Shown here: positions 13,170 through 23,985 of the stretch, piece after piece
Position numbering within the stretch: position 1 is the stretch's first letter
Layout: each line of letters opens with the position of its first letter
DNA from: Octopus sinensis
Lineage: Eukaryota
NCBI RefSeq assembly: GCF_006345805.1
Contig: NW_021836330.1
Location: 1 to 25,612 of the forward strand
DNA length: 25,612 nt
Direction: 5' to 3'
The notes under the pieces: model-generated
Database searches by the model: none
Told to the model about the DNA's origin: nothing
Seen by the model: only the letters and a program-made list of their open reading frames with translations
Translations under genes and position numbers: made by a program

Positions 13170-13925
13170 GTAACTCTGTCTTTATTTCTCTCCCTCTCTT
13201 TCCCTCTCTCTCACTTCATCTTTCTATCTCTTTTCCTCATACTTTCACTCATTCAATCACTTATAAATAAATTCACTTTCACTTTTCCTCTCTCTCCCCT
13301 CCTCTCTCTCATCCTCCTCTCTCTCTCTCTATTGCTCTCCTCCCCTTTAACTCCCCTACTCTTTTCACTCTCTCTCTCTCTCTCAAATCCTCATCCTTCT
13401 TCTCCCGCTCATTCACTCATCCAACCCCTCATGCCTCTCCCTTTCTCTTCCACTCCTTCTCTCATGCATATCTCTTGCATCTCTTTCTCATTCTCTTCTC
13501 TAATTTCTCTCTCACTCACCCCCTCATTCTCCCCTCCCCCCATACACTATCTCTATCATATCTTGTTATCATTCCATTTCTCTACCTGCATCGCCCTCCT
13601 TCATTTTTCCTCTCTTTCAATTATATTCAATTATATTCTTCCTTCTTCTTTCTCTCTCACTCTCTCTCTCTTCACTTGTCTCTCCATCTCTGCATCTCTT
13701 TATTTAACCCCTTCCCTCCCCCTCTCTCCTCTCTCCCTATTCCAATGTCGTATCTCTCCCTCTCCCCTCTTTAAATCTCCATTTAATTTCTTCCCCGCCG
13801 CTGTCCTATCTCTCCCATCTCTCTCTCTCTCTCTCTCTCCTTTTCTCCCTCTCTCTCTGAATTTCTTTTCCTCCATAATTTCATATTTTCGTGGTCTCTA
13901 TTCAGGCCTATCTTCCCTCTTTCTG
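13170..13925. repeat. Extended polypyrimidine (CT-rich) low-complexity tract
   Basis: The plus strand is strongly C/T biased. Explains ORF 13332..14183. Confidence 0.85.
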
Positions 13926-14018
13926 TTGACTGTGTATATCACCCCACCCCTCTTACATATATATATACTAAGTTTATATATATATGTGTGTGTGTGTATG
14001 TGTATGTATATATATATA

Positions 14019-14054
<36 letters not shown>

Positions 14055-14509
14055 TTATATATATATATGTATATATATATATATGTGTATATATATGTGT
14101 GTATATATATATCTATATATAACATACATATATACACACACACATCTATCGTTTCTCAGACCTTTCCCTCGATATCTGTCTAACTCACACTCTTCTGCTT
14201 ATCTCTCATCTCTCCCTCCATCCTCATCTGTCTCTCCTCTCATTACAACTCTCTTTCTTTCCCTCATTTTCATTTACATCTCTCTCTCTCTCTCTCTTCC
14301 TCGTTGAGTATCTCTCCTCTCTCTCTCTCTCTCTCTCTTTCAATTTCTCTCTCCCTGTTTTCTGTCGACTAATCTCTATTTCTCAATCTCTCGTTTATTC
14401 TCTCTCTCTCTCTCTCTCCTTTTATCCATTCGCATGTATGTGTGTGTGTGTGTACGCACGCACATGTACGTGAATGTGTACGTGTATACAATCATACACA
14501 CGGAGGGGC

Positions 14510-14529
14510 AGTTAGACAGACAGACAGAC

Positions 14530-14590
<61 letters not shown>

Positions 14591-14591
14591 C

Positions 14592-14637
<46 letters not shown>

Positions 14638-14652
14638 CGAGAGAGAGAGAGA
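14510..14652. repeat. (GACA)n-(GATA)n-(CATA)n-(TA)n-(GA)n compound microsatellite
   Basis: Direct inspection. Confidence 0.9.
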
Positions 14653-14733
14653 CGTATAATTCATTTATTTACATATCTCGTTCTGTATCGCTATTTCGAT
14701 AATCTGGACTTACACTTTTTGTCTCTTTCTCTT

Positions 14734-14767
<34 letters not shown>

Positions 14768-15019
14768 CCTCTCTTTCTCTTTCTCTCACTCCCTCTCTTT
14801 CTCTTTCTCTCACTCCCTCTCTTTCTCCATGTCCCACTGTGTTTCACTTTATCATTTAAACCCCCAACCCCACACGTACTCATCACCCCCACACCTATTC
14901 ACACACACACACACGCACCGACTTGCATAAATACAAACACACAGACACATACATACAAAATCGCACACACACACACACACACTGGCGCTCAAGCAATCGC
15001 CCGGATGCAACATGTAAAT

Positions 15020-15622
15020 AGAGTAGTAGTAGCTGTAATAGTAGTTATAGTAGTAGTAGTAGTGGTAGCAGCAGCAGTAGTAGTAGTGCTATTACAGCTA
15101 CAACTACTACCGTAGCTGCCACAAACAGTGATACCAGCGACAGAATAATCACTCTAGCGCCGAAACCACAAGGTGGTTGCTACTAGTACATATACTGCAT
15201 ACCATCACAACCGCTACCACCATCACCACCACCACCACAACCTCCACCTACACCACCAGCAGCATCATCACCACCACCACCACCAGCATCACCACCACCA
15301 CCGACACCACCACCAACACCACCACCACCACCGACACCACCAACACCAACACCACCAACACCGCCACTACAGCCGTCTCTATCGCGTCCATTATCAACTG
15401 CACTTCAAATAACATCATGGAATCTTCAACACTGCCACCATCAACAACAACAACAACAACAACAACAATAATAATAACAGCAGCAGCAACAACACCATAA
15501 ACACTAGTGACCAGCACCACCACCACCAACAGTAACGCTAACAACACCAGCATCACAACAACGATTAACAACAGCAACAACAACAATAGCAAGGCCGCAA
15601 GTAACTCCAACACCCTTTCCAC

Positions 15623-15654
<32 letters not shown>

Positions 15655-16268
15655 CCATCACCACTATCATCACCACCATCATCATCATCGTCATCATCAT
15701 CGTCATCATCATCGTCACCACCATCATCATCATCATCATCGTCGTCATCATCATCACCACCACCATCATCATCATCGCAAAAGTCGTCTTCGTCACCATC
15801 ATCATCACAATCTTCGTTATCATTACCTTCACCATCATCATCATCATCATCATTGGACGCAGCAACAACAGTAATAACAGTGTTGTGCCTAATTCTGAGG
15901 GGAAACCACTGGCTGCTACTCCTGCCGCTGCTACTGCTGCTGCTTTTACTTCTGATGCTGTTGCCGATGGTGATGATGATGTCGACGATGATGATGGCGA
16001 TGATGATGATCTCAAAGACGACATTAAAGACGACGATACCAGTGATGACGATGTTGAAGTTGGTGGTGATGATGATGGGGAGGAGGACGTTGATGAGCAG
16101 GAGGAGGAGTAGGTGGAGGCAGAAGAGAAGAATGAGGAGGGGGCGGAGGGGATCGTGATGAGGATTGCAAAAGTGGACGGAGTTGCGGCGGTGGTGATGA
16201 GGATAATGATGGCAACGACTACGTTAAAGATAAGGCGGACGGGGAATGATGATGATGTTGACGTGATG

Positions 16269-16302
<34 letters not shown>

Positions 16303-16345
16303 CGACGACGACGACGACGATGATGATGATGATGATGATGGTAAT
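15020..16345. repeat. Large compound trinucleotide region: (GTA)n, (CAC)n, (CAA)n, (CAT)n, then (GAT/GAC)n
   Basis: Direct inspection. Strand polarity flips from CAT to GAT around 15855-15960. Confidence 0.9.
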
Positions 16346-16689
16346 GGTAGTATAGGTACTTGTGTTGCGTAGATAGGTTTTATTTCCTGCGCTGGTCCTC
16401 TGAGTGGGTGCTGAGGAGAAAGCGCTAAGCTGTGTCCTTCACGGACCGTTATGATGTAACTATGTCTCTCGAAATACCCCAGGACGCCTCTCGCATGCAG
16501 GAATATTGCAAAGTGCACCCATAGAGTGCAGCTCGAGACTAGTAATGGAACTAAGAGTCATATATTTGCCTGACTAACTTTGCTGGAAATCCAAAATGTA
16601 TATGTATATACATGAAAGCACAAAATGACACAACAACGCGAGGACGTGGAACAAATATAGTATTATTGGACGCTCAGGAAAGAAGGAAA

Positions 16690-16800
16690 GAAGGAGGGTT
16701 TAACGTTTCGAGCGTAGCTCTTCGTCGGAAACATAGGAGAAGGAAAGATCCAGAGAAGGGAAGACAGAAGAAAAAAAATCGTCAACGGTACACACGCGGT
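16690..16800 (-). mobile_element. Penelope-like element terminal-repeat (pLTR) remnant carrying hammerhead HH1
   Basis: Contains a minimal hammerhead, which is typical of PLE pLTRs. Flank resembles an Octopus repeat as I recall it. Boundaries approximate. Confidence 0.6.
16698..16732 (-). ncRNA. Minimal type I hammerhead ribozyme motif HH1, core variant CCGACGA
   Basis: Minus strand GUUU-CCGACGA-A-GAGC(UAC)GCUC-GAAA-CG-UU|AAAC. Stem I GUUU/AAAC, stem II GAGC/GCUC, palindromic ACGU in place of stem III. Predicted cleavage between 16702 and 16701. Confidence 0.75.
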
Positions 16801-17611
16801 CGCACAAACACACACACATGCACACACACTAACACGCAGAGGTATTTTCTTTCATCTTTCTTTTTTTTGATGTCTGCTAATCACTATTGTTTACTCTTTT
16901 CTTTATTTCTCTTATTCCATGCCTTCCCAGAATGCCTTTCAAATTTCTCATGATTCTACATCGTTCATCCTGTTCCTGGCCTTTTTTTCTACCAACCTTA
17001 CTTACAATTAATTTCGCTCTTTGTGCTCTCTCTCCGTCTCCCTGTCTCCCCATCTCTCTATCCCTCCGTCTCCCTATCTCTGCATTTTCTTGTCTCTCCG
17101 CATCCCTATATCTCTGTCTCACGCGCTCTGTCTTCATTCAAGGTTTAATACCTCATCTACTAATTATTTATTCTCGTCCCAGGCTAACCCTTATGCACAA
17201 AATTATATCTTGCTCTACTTTACTGCGAACGACAGACTGCTGGATAGACTTTAATACAATGCCCCATACTTTGTGTTCTCCCAGCGAAAGAGCTAATTGT
17301 TTTCCATATCCATTATGTTAATCGGTTGACATATTATTTTATAATATCTCTTCTTTCTTGTTCCTGGGCACTGTTCTAATTCGAACTCATACTGTCTTGG
17401 GCATTATATTGCTGTCATATTTCCGAATGTGCTTTGTTGCTGTCCAGTCTTTACTGCATTTTTCCTGAAATCAGTTTTCTATTTTTATTGGTTCATGAAA
17501 GTAGCTATATTGCATTTAAAGTGCCGAAATCGCCAGAAGATCAAGGAAAACAGCTGATGAAGATAGCTCTGTGACACTGTGTTTTCCGCGTTCTATTAGT
17601 TTGAGTTAATT

Positions 17612-17787
17612 ATACATACATGCATACATACACATACATACATACATACATACATACATACATACATACATACATACATGCATGCATGCATGCATGCATA
17701 CATACATACATACATGCATGCATGCATACATACATACATACATACATACATACATACATACATACATACATACATACATACATACAC
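17612..17787. repeat. (CATA)n microsatellite with (CATG)n interruptions
   Basis: Direct inspection. Confidence 0.95.
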
Positions 17788-17817
17788 ATGCACCTCGATG
17801 ACCAGCAGCGAAGGCAG

Positions 17818-17893
17818 CATTCCTAAGGTATTTTTCGATGTTATAATAATAATAATTATTATTATTATAACATCGAAAAATACCTTAGGAATG
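17818..17893. repeat. Perfect 76-bp palindrome with no spacer
   Basis: 17818-17855 (cattcctaaggtatttttcgatgttataataataataa) is the exact reverse complement of 17856-17893. Symmetry breaks at 17817/17894. Confidence 0.98.
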
Positions 17894-18025
17894 AGAACCC
17901 TGGTTCGAAATTTCACCAAGACACCTGATGAATGCTGGAAGGTATATCAGCCGAAACGTTGTGTTAAGAACAAACAAGATGAGGACAAATAACCGTGAAA
18001 TTTAAATAATGTAAATAATGTAAAA
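17856..18025 (+). mobile_element. Penelope-like element pLTR remnant with an inverted 5' duplication, carrying hammerhead HH2
   Basis: Hammerhead at 17920-17965, 3' end with repeated tgtaaataa, and an inverted copy of its own 5' segment immediately upstream. Confidence 0.7.
17920..17965 (+). ncRNA. Minimal type I hammerhead ribozyme motif HH2
   Basis: GACAC-CUGAUGA-AU-GCUG(GAAGGUAUAU)CAGC-C-GAAA-CG-UU|GUGUU. Stem I GACAC/GUGUU, canonical core, ACGU palindrome. The stem II closing position is a U-C mismatch (17933/17952). Predicted cleavage after 17960. Confidence 0.8.
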
Positions 18026-18419
18026 TAAATTCAACCTGAAGACGTACCACAAAGTTGAATACATGTGGGAAGCAATGAAATCGATGAGATAAATGAGTTA
18101 TTCTACATAAACCACAATAAATATGTGCGTCGAAATCCCCAGGAGATTAACCCGTCGTGGGCCGGCAGGATGGCTTCGAACCTCAGCATATTTGAAAAAT
18201 TATGCAACTTTTACATTTTACATTTAAATGAATTTATATCTGATAACTTTTACTGTCAATAGTTTATGTATGAAGATACAATCTTTGAGTTAAAAATTTC
18301 CAGTCATATCGATGTTGTAGCATGAAATATGGTCATTGGAGTCCAACGGGATCCCATTGGTCTTCTCTGAAATATATTTTCAGATATTCTTATACGAAAG
18401 TGAAATATGAGTTACTACG

Positions 18420-18750
18420 GAGATGGAAGGACATCAATTGGCCAAGGAAAGATTCATGCTACGAATATTATTTCGAGAGCATTTTCGAGATGAGATAATT
18501 CAAGAACGAAGAGAATGGATCGACGTAATGGCACAATACTAGAAAGCTGATGTTCTACCGAGCACGACACGTTATAAGGTTCGTCGATATCAGGTAGAAC
18601 GGTGCAATTGCCGAGATCGAAGTGGCCACTGGGAACGCCGGCTCGAAGCTGAGAAAGGAAATTAGGAAAGCGATTCGCTGCGAGATGTAGAAGAACTGCG
18701 CAGTCATGAGAGAATTGGAAGTGCATTGTGACCGGCGATGTCTTACAACA
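18420..18750 (+). mobile_element. Possible heavily decayed mariner-like transposase fragment
   Basis: CpG-rich non-repetitive stretch. Short motifs appear in mariner order across frames: EHFR, GAIAE, RSG, LGK, IVTGD. Multiple deletions and frameshifts are needed; compared from memory only. Confidence 0.35.
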
Positions 18751-18996
18751 ACTGATACTTTGGGTCTTACTGTGATACAGTGATAAATATGTATGCATGC
18801 CTGTCAGTCTGTCTGTTTGTTTGTCTGTCTATACAGTGTGTATGTATTCATTCCATGACTATTCACAAATTTCGGGTAGCGGAGAAATGAATTCTGATCG
18901 GAAACCAAATAAATATGATCTGCTGGATTTATTGAGTAAACCTGATATCGTAGGTAATATATGTAGGCATAAATACGTACATACACGCATGCATGA

Positions 18997-19035
<39 letters not shown>

Positions 19036-19607
19036 GCATGTGTATCTATGAATTTCTATATATTTGAGAGTATAATCTACAGATATGAGTGGTAAGACTA
19101 ATGCTGTCCCCAACCAACCTTGGTTGCTGCTTTTGGTACAAATAACAATTACTAAGCACAACTTACAAAGTGCTGATATGGATTAGCTAGCTAATCAGTT
19201 TTGCAAATACGTCTAAGTATAGAATCAACCCTTGCTCTACTTAAGGGTGAAATACTACCATAGACTCTTCAGTTAGTCAGTGTGAGCTTTGTTGATTTGC
19301 AATCAGCATAGAGGACCCCATAAATCAACGGGCTAAAGACTCTATCCGTTTCCTGGCTCCACATGATAAACGAGAGAGGATGAGGAGGCCTGTGGTGCGA
19401 ATAAACTATTTTCTTACTAAAAATTAACCAATAGCACTTAACAGTTGTGTGCTGCCTCTACAGTTACTGGAGCAAGAATTAAAAAAAATTAACTGAGACA
19501 TCAATGGGCAGAGCGATGGAAGAAGAAGGGAGAAATAGGTTGGTATAAAAGTCAGACATATTCTTTACTGTATAGAATTGGAAACTGGAAGCGTCGTTGT
19601 GGCTGGA

Positions 19608-19928
19608 ACAAAATCTCTCGTGGAAGCGTCATCCAACCAAAGTACAAATATATGGGAAATTACCACCTGTATCATCTCTTGTGAAAGGTAGAAGAGTCCA
19701 GCTTGCTGGACATTGTTGTAGAGCTGAAAACGAAGTAATTTCTACTCTCCTCCTCTGGCAGCCATCTACCCGCAATACCAGAGGGCGCACACTCTCCTAC
19801 CCTGATGTAATATCCAGGGATACAGGCATCCAACAACAGGACCCCCGTAATGCTATGAGGGAATGTGAAGTCTGGCGTAGCTTGGTAAATTCCATTGTCT
19901 CGACCACGGTCGAACAATGATGATGATA
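19608..19928 (+). mobile_element. 5'-truncated 3' end of a younger RTE-clade LINE inserted into the older LINE
   Basis: Uninterrupted C-terminal frame QNLSWKRHPTKVQIYGKLPP..LAGHCCRA..RGRTLSYPDVISRDTG..VWRSLVNSIVSTTVEQ*, followed by a (TGA)n tail. Flanked by tggctgga (19600-19607) and tggatgga (19929-19936). Confidence 0.9.
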
Positions 19929-21503
19929 TGGATGGATTCCCCATACAGAAGAAACTAAGTATACTGTAAACATGAGGTTTGAACGAGAAACTTCACAGGG
20001 AAGTGTAGAACACACTGGAATAGGAATATACTCCAATGATATCGCATAATGACAATGGAGTCGACGAAAGCTATGGGAACTTCACAGACCTAATTGAAAT
20101 CTCCACATTTTGCAACAAGATCATAATGGAAAACTTGAACGTAAAGATCTGAAATGAGAAAGAAATACATAAAGGTGAAATGAAAAGAGACAACACGGAA
20201 TCGACCAATGAAATGAAAGAGAACAAAGGAAAGCAGAGTTTGGCGACATGTAATAAATTGAAAATCATGAACCTACTTCATAAGAGGGAAAAATATAACG
20301 AAACCAAACATGGATAAGGCCTGACAGATGAACAAAAACAACAACTCTTCTTGAACAAACCTCATATTATGAAGTATATGACAGTCGTCACCAAGGTAAA
20401 TAGTGGCAGCGACCGTTGTGTAGTGATGAGCACAATAATTATTAACATCAAAGGAAGAGGTAAAAATTTGCTTGTAAAGCCAAGTGATCTTGCTATCAAC
20501 AAAGAAAAGTTGAAAGACAAGAAACAGGAATTGCAGCTAGTGTTGAACAATCGATTTAGCAAACTACATGGAAGCGGATATGACTTAAACAGCTGGAGCA
20601 GTTAGATGAGAGGACTTAATCAAAGAATATGCAGTAGAAATAGCCGGAGAGAAGCGAAGGAAAGTTGTGTCAAAGTTAAATGTCTTATCGAGGAATGCAA
20701 AGAGATGAAACGACGATGGCGTATGAGTGTAGGTGAGAGGATATTGTGGCAAAATGATAGAACTGCAAGAAAAATAATAACAGAATGCATCGGGAAATGC
20801 AACAGATAGGAGGGAAATGATGGAGAGGAAGAACTCAATCTTGAAACGAAGTGCAAGGAATTGCTGGCTACAAAGAAAAACAGAATTAGTTGCCTGTTTG
20901 ACAAAGACAGCGAATAAGAAATGGGTTAAAAATTATCAAAAATGACCAAGGGGTTTTCAAAATTCTTTGCAAAGTTATATAATTGAGAACATACCGAATT
21001 AAATACACAGCCTGTGTCACTAATGATAATTAAACGGAATAATGAACAGAGATAACAATAACTGTTTCTAATTTAGGCATAAAACCATCGGTTTTGATAG
21101 GGTAGGTCTGTTGTTCGAATAGATCGACTTGTACGTGGCTTGTACTTATTTTGTCAACCAGAACTCGGAGAAGAAGAGAGGGAGTCGATATGTCACCCAA
21201 ACTTTTACAATCTGCCGCGAAAATATCTTCAAACTGTGAAACGGGGAGATAAACATGAATGGAAAGACCCTGTAGCGTATCAGATTCCAAGATGTTATTG
21301 TATCCATAACAACGCAAAGAAGAAAGACGAAATGATAGAATTCTGTACAGGAAGCAAGAGTAACCATCTGAAAAGGAAGCAGCACAAAACACACCACGTG
21401 ATTAATGAATGAATTGTCACCGAATATTGTTACACTTAATGGTGAACGGAAGTGAACATGTAGACAAAAGAAAACTCTATATATAACACACACACGTGTA
21501 GAT

Positions 21504-21920
21504 AGGGGCATGGCTGTATGGTTAAGAAGATCGCTTGGCAAAACGTGGTTTCTTGTTAAGGCCCTCCTCGAGGAGAGAGTGTCATCCCCTATTGCCTCCT
21601 GGGCCAACCGATGCCTTGTGAGGTAATTTGCTACACGAAAACTGTGTGGAAGCCTATCGTATGTTTATGTGTGTGTATGTGTGTATGTGTATGTGTGTGA
21701 GTATGTGTGACTTTGTGTTTGTGTTTTCCTCCCAATCATTTGAAAATTATGTTAGCTTTTTGCATCCTCGTATTTCAGCCGTTAAGGAATCGGAAGAACA
21801 AGTATCAGGGTTCAAAAAGTTTTTTTTTTTTTAAATACTGGGGTCGATTTATTGGATCAAATCCCCTTAAGGCAGTGCTCCAATATGGCTGCTGTCGGAT
21901 GACTGAAATAAGAGAAGATA
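21504..21920 (+). mobile_element. Near full-length tRNA-derived SINE (third family) inserted in the RT region of the old LINE
   Basis: tRNA-like head ggcatggctgtatggttaaga, central gggccaaccgatgccttgtgag..gaaaactg, internal (TG)n, and 3' ctggggtcgattt..ggcagtgctccaatatggctgctgtcggatgactgaaataag. LINE homology resumes after about 21930. Confidence 0.85.
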
Positions 21921-22445
21921 GATGGTAAGTACCCAGGGCGAAGCAGAAAATCCAAAATAATACAGCTTTAATTATTAGGATCTTCCACTTTTAACAATCA
22001 GAGGAACGTTCAGAAATCAAATCTTCCACGTCTCCTTCAAAAGGAAAACCAGAAAACAATGCGCGATTCACAGTCGTTTAAAGATGAGAAACGCGTGGAT
22101 ATTAAGAACGGAAAGATAGATAGAGAGATAGAGAGAGAGAGACGGGGGAGAACTGGCAGTGTGCCAACATAGAAAGGAATAATCAATGACAGGCATAACA
22201 GAGAGCGAAAGAGAAATAAATGGGTAAGAGAACGGACGAATGTTGATGATGTTCTTAAATGGACGAAGCGAGAAGAGAGTGAAATTAGAGATATGTGTAA
22301 ATGGAAGAAATCATCAAGGTTTAATTCTTGCTAACAAAAGGGCGGGAAACGAAATGTAATGGTAGGGCAAGAAAATCGACACAGCGGACAAATAATAAAT
22401 GGTGACAATCAACTAGAAATCCCAGAATATGGTAATGAGGTGGAA

Positions 22446-22499
22446 TCATGTTGTGGCTTTCATGCACACTAGTGTGTATATATAAATACATACATACAT

Positions 22500-22530
<31 letters not shown>

Positions 22531-22578
22531 TATATATATATAGATATATTACATACATATATACATATATATGTATTA

Positions 22579-22623
<45 letters not shown>

Positions 22624-22635
22624 ATATATATATGG
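22446..22635. repeat. (TA)n microsatellite
   Basis: Direct inspection. Confidence 0.9.
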
Positions 22636-22649
22636 TATTTCACATGCAT

Positions 22650-23270
22650 AGCAATGAAAACCTGGAGAGAACGTGAATAAAAGTATTTTACGTTTCGAGT
22701 CTACGCTCTTCTGCAGAGAGGGAATTAGAAAAATCAAGGAGAGAAACAGGGAAAGAGAAAAAAATGTGTGTAGTGGCTAACGATCTATCATGGCGACTGC
22801 CAGAGATTTTTTTAACCCCATCCCGCTCCCATTATTTGAACCTTATCCCGGCTGCTTAGTTTTCTAACCTTGCTTGTTGAACTCCCTCTTCTCTGCTAAT
22901 TTATTCGAAAGATTCTCTGAAATAGCTTTCAAGCAGTCATCGTAGCCGGTTCCTTTCTCTTGTTTAAACTGTCCTTGCAATAATTAAACCTCTCTCGGTC
23001 TATTGCTTATTCAACAGTGTTAAGCTGCCATACAACCGGCAGCGTCGTAGATTCTCTCCTCTCTTTTTATTACATTTGTCATATTTGATCTGAGTGTCTT
23101 GCGTTCAAACATTGTTTAGTAGACTCTTATTCTCTTGTTTTTCTAACATTTGATCCACAGTTAGAAATTTACGCTAGATAGGTTTCCCTTCAGGTTAGAT
23201 GACATCTTTTTTTTTCAAATTGGTGACAGATTCTCTTCTCACAATCATACAAGGAATTTTTTATTCGTTT
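22650..23270 (-). mobile_element. Decayed Penelope-like element 3' portion: GIY-YIG-like remnants followed by a hammerhead-bearing pLTR
   Basis: Minus-strand remnants RETYLA, KQCLNARHS and KERRESTTLPVVWQLN resemble PLE GIY-YIG endonuclease segments (ETYIG.., ..ESTTLS..IWQLK) by eye. Hammerhead relic HH3 lies downstream on the same strand. Confidence 0.55.
22683..22722 (-). ncRNA. Degenerate minimal hammerhead relic HH3, probably inactive
   Basis: Minus strand CUGCAGA-A-GAGC(GUAG)ACUC-GAAA-CG-UA|AAAUAC. Core A6 is lost, stem II has one mismatch, and stem I no longer pairs. Confidence 0.55.
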
Positions 23271-23274
23271 AGAC

Positions 23275-23355
23275 TCTTTCTCTCTTTCCCTCCTTCAATC
23301 TTTCCCTCACTATCTCTCTGTCTTTCTGTCTCTTTCTGTCTCTCTGCCTCTCTGC

Positions 23356-23387
<32 letters not shown>

Positions 23388-23985
23388 TTCTCTGTCGCTC
23401 TCTGAAACTGTTCCCCTCTCTCTGTCTGTTTCTCTGTCTCTCTCTTTCTCTGTCGCTGTCTGCTACTCTTCCCCTCTCGCTATCTATTACTGTCTCTTTC
23501 TCTTTCACAAATAATCTTCTATTCATTCACTCGCTCTCCTTTATTCCTGTCTGTGCTTCACACACACACACACATACCTATACACGCACACACATACATA
23601 TACACGCACACACACATACATACTCGTACACATAAACACACACACACAAGGACATACACTCAAAAACACATGCGTTCGCTCACAAGCACACACAAACGTG
23701 CACACTCATACACACGAACTCAAACACAGAGAAACACACACACACACAGATACAGTTACACACACACTCACACTAATACAGAGAAAATATACACACACAC
23801 GCATGCACATGTACACGAACGCATTCACATATACAAACACACACACGCACACGCAAACACGCACATACACACGCACACTCACAAAAACACACACAAATGT
23901 ACACACACGCAAGCACACACAAACACACACGCACACCAACACACAAACAATCATGTACGCACACGCATGCACACAAACACACACG
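23275..23985. repeat. (CT)n-rich tract followed by a long degenerate (CA)n tract
   Basis: Direct inspection. Confidence 0.9.

Larger units (their letters stand above)
19380..22440 (+). mobile_element. Decayed RTE/BovB-type LINE (AP endonuclease + reverse transcriptase), internally deleted and interrupted by two insertions
   Basis: APE remnants: LLEQELKKIN*DING..HILYCIELETGSVVVAG|FPIQKK, KIIMENLNVKI (GDFNAK motif), NKPHIMKYMTVVTKVNSGSDR (SDH motif). RT remnants: RGVDMSPKL, GEINMNGKTL*RIRFQDVIV (YADD-equivalent), NNAKKKDEMIE. C-terminal remnants: SFKRKTRKQC, ERKRNKWVRERTNVDD. Many stops and frameshifts. Confidence 0.85.

Noticed and set aside
15507-16112. 201-aa ORF with an acidic tail (..EGKPLAATPAAATAAAFTSDAVADGDDD..)
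   Set aside because: Built from CAA/CAT/GCT/GAT repeats, overlapped by equally long ORFs in other frames and on the other strand, and has no clear splice signals.
17130-17530. Possible PLE endonuclease remnants upstream of HH1 on the minus strand
   Set aside because: Similarity by eye is too weak and fragmented to call.
17554-17600. CTGATGA core-like heptamer
   Set aside because: No stem II closed by GAAA follows it, so it is not a hammerhead.
23131-23200. Strong plus-strand splice acceptor at 23160
   Set aside because: All frames stop within a few codons, and the site lies antisense within a PLE relic.
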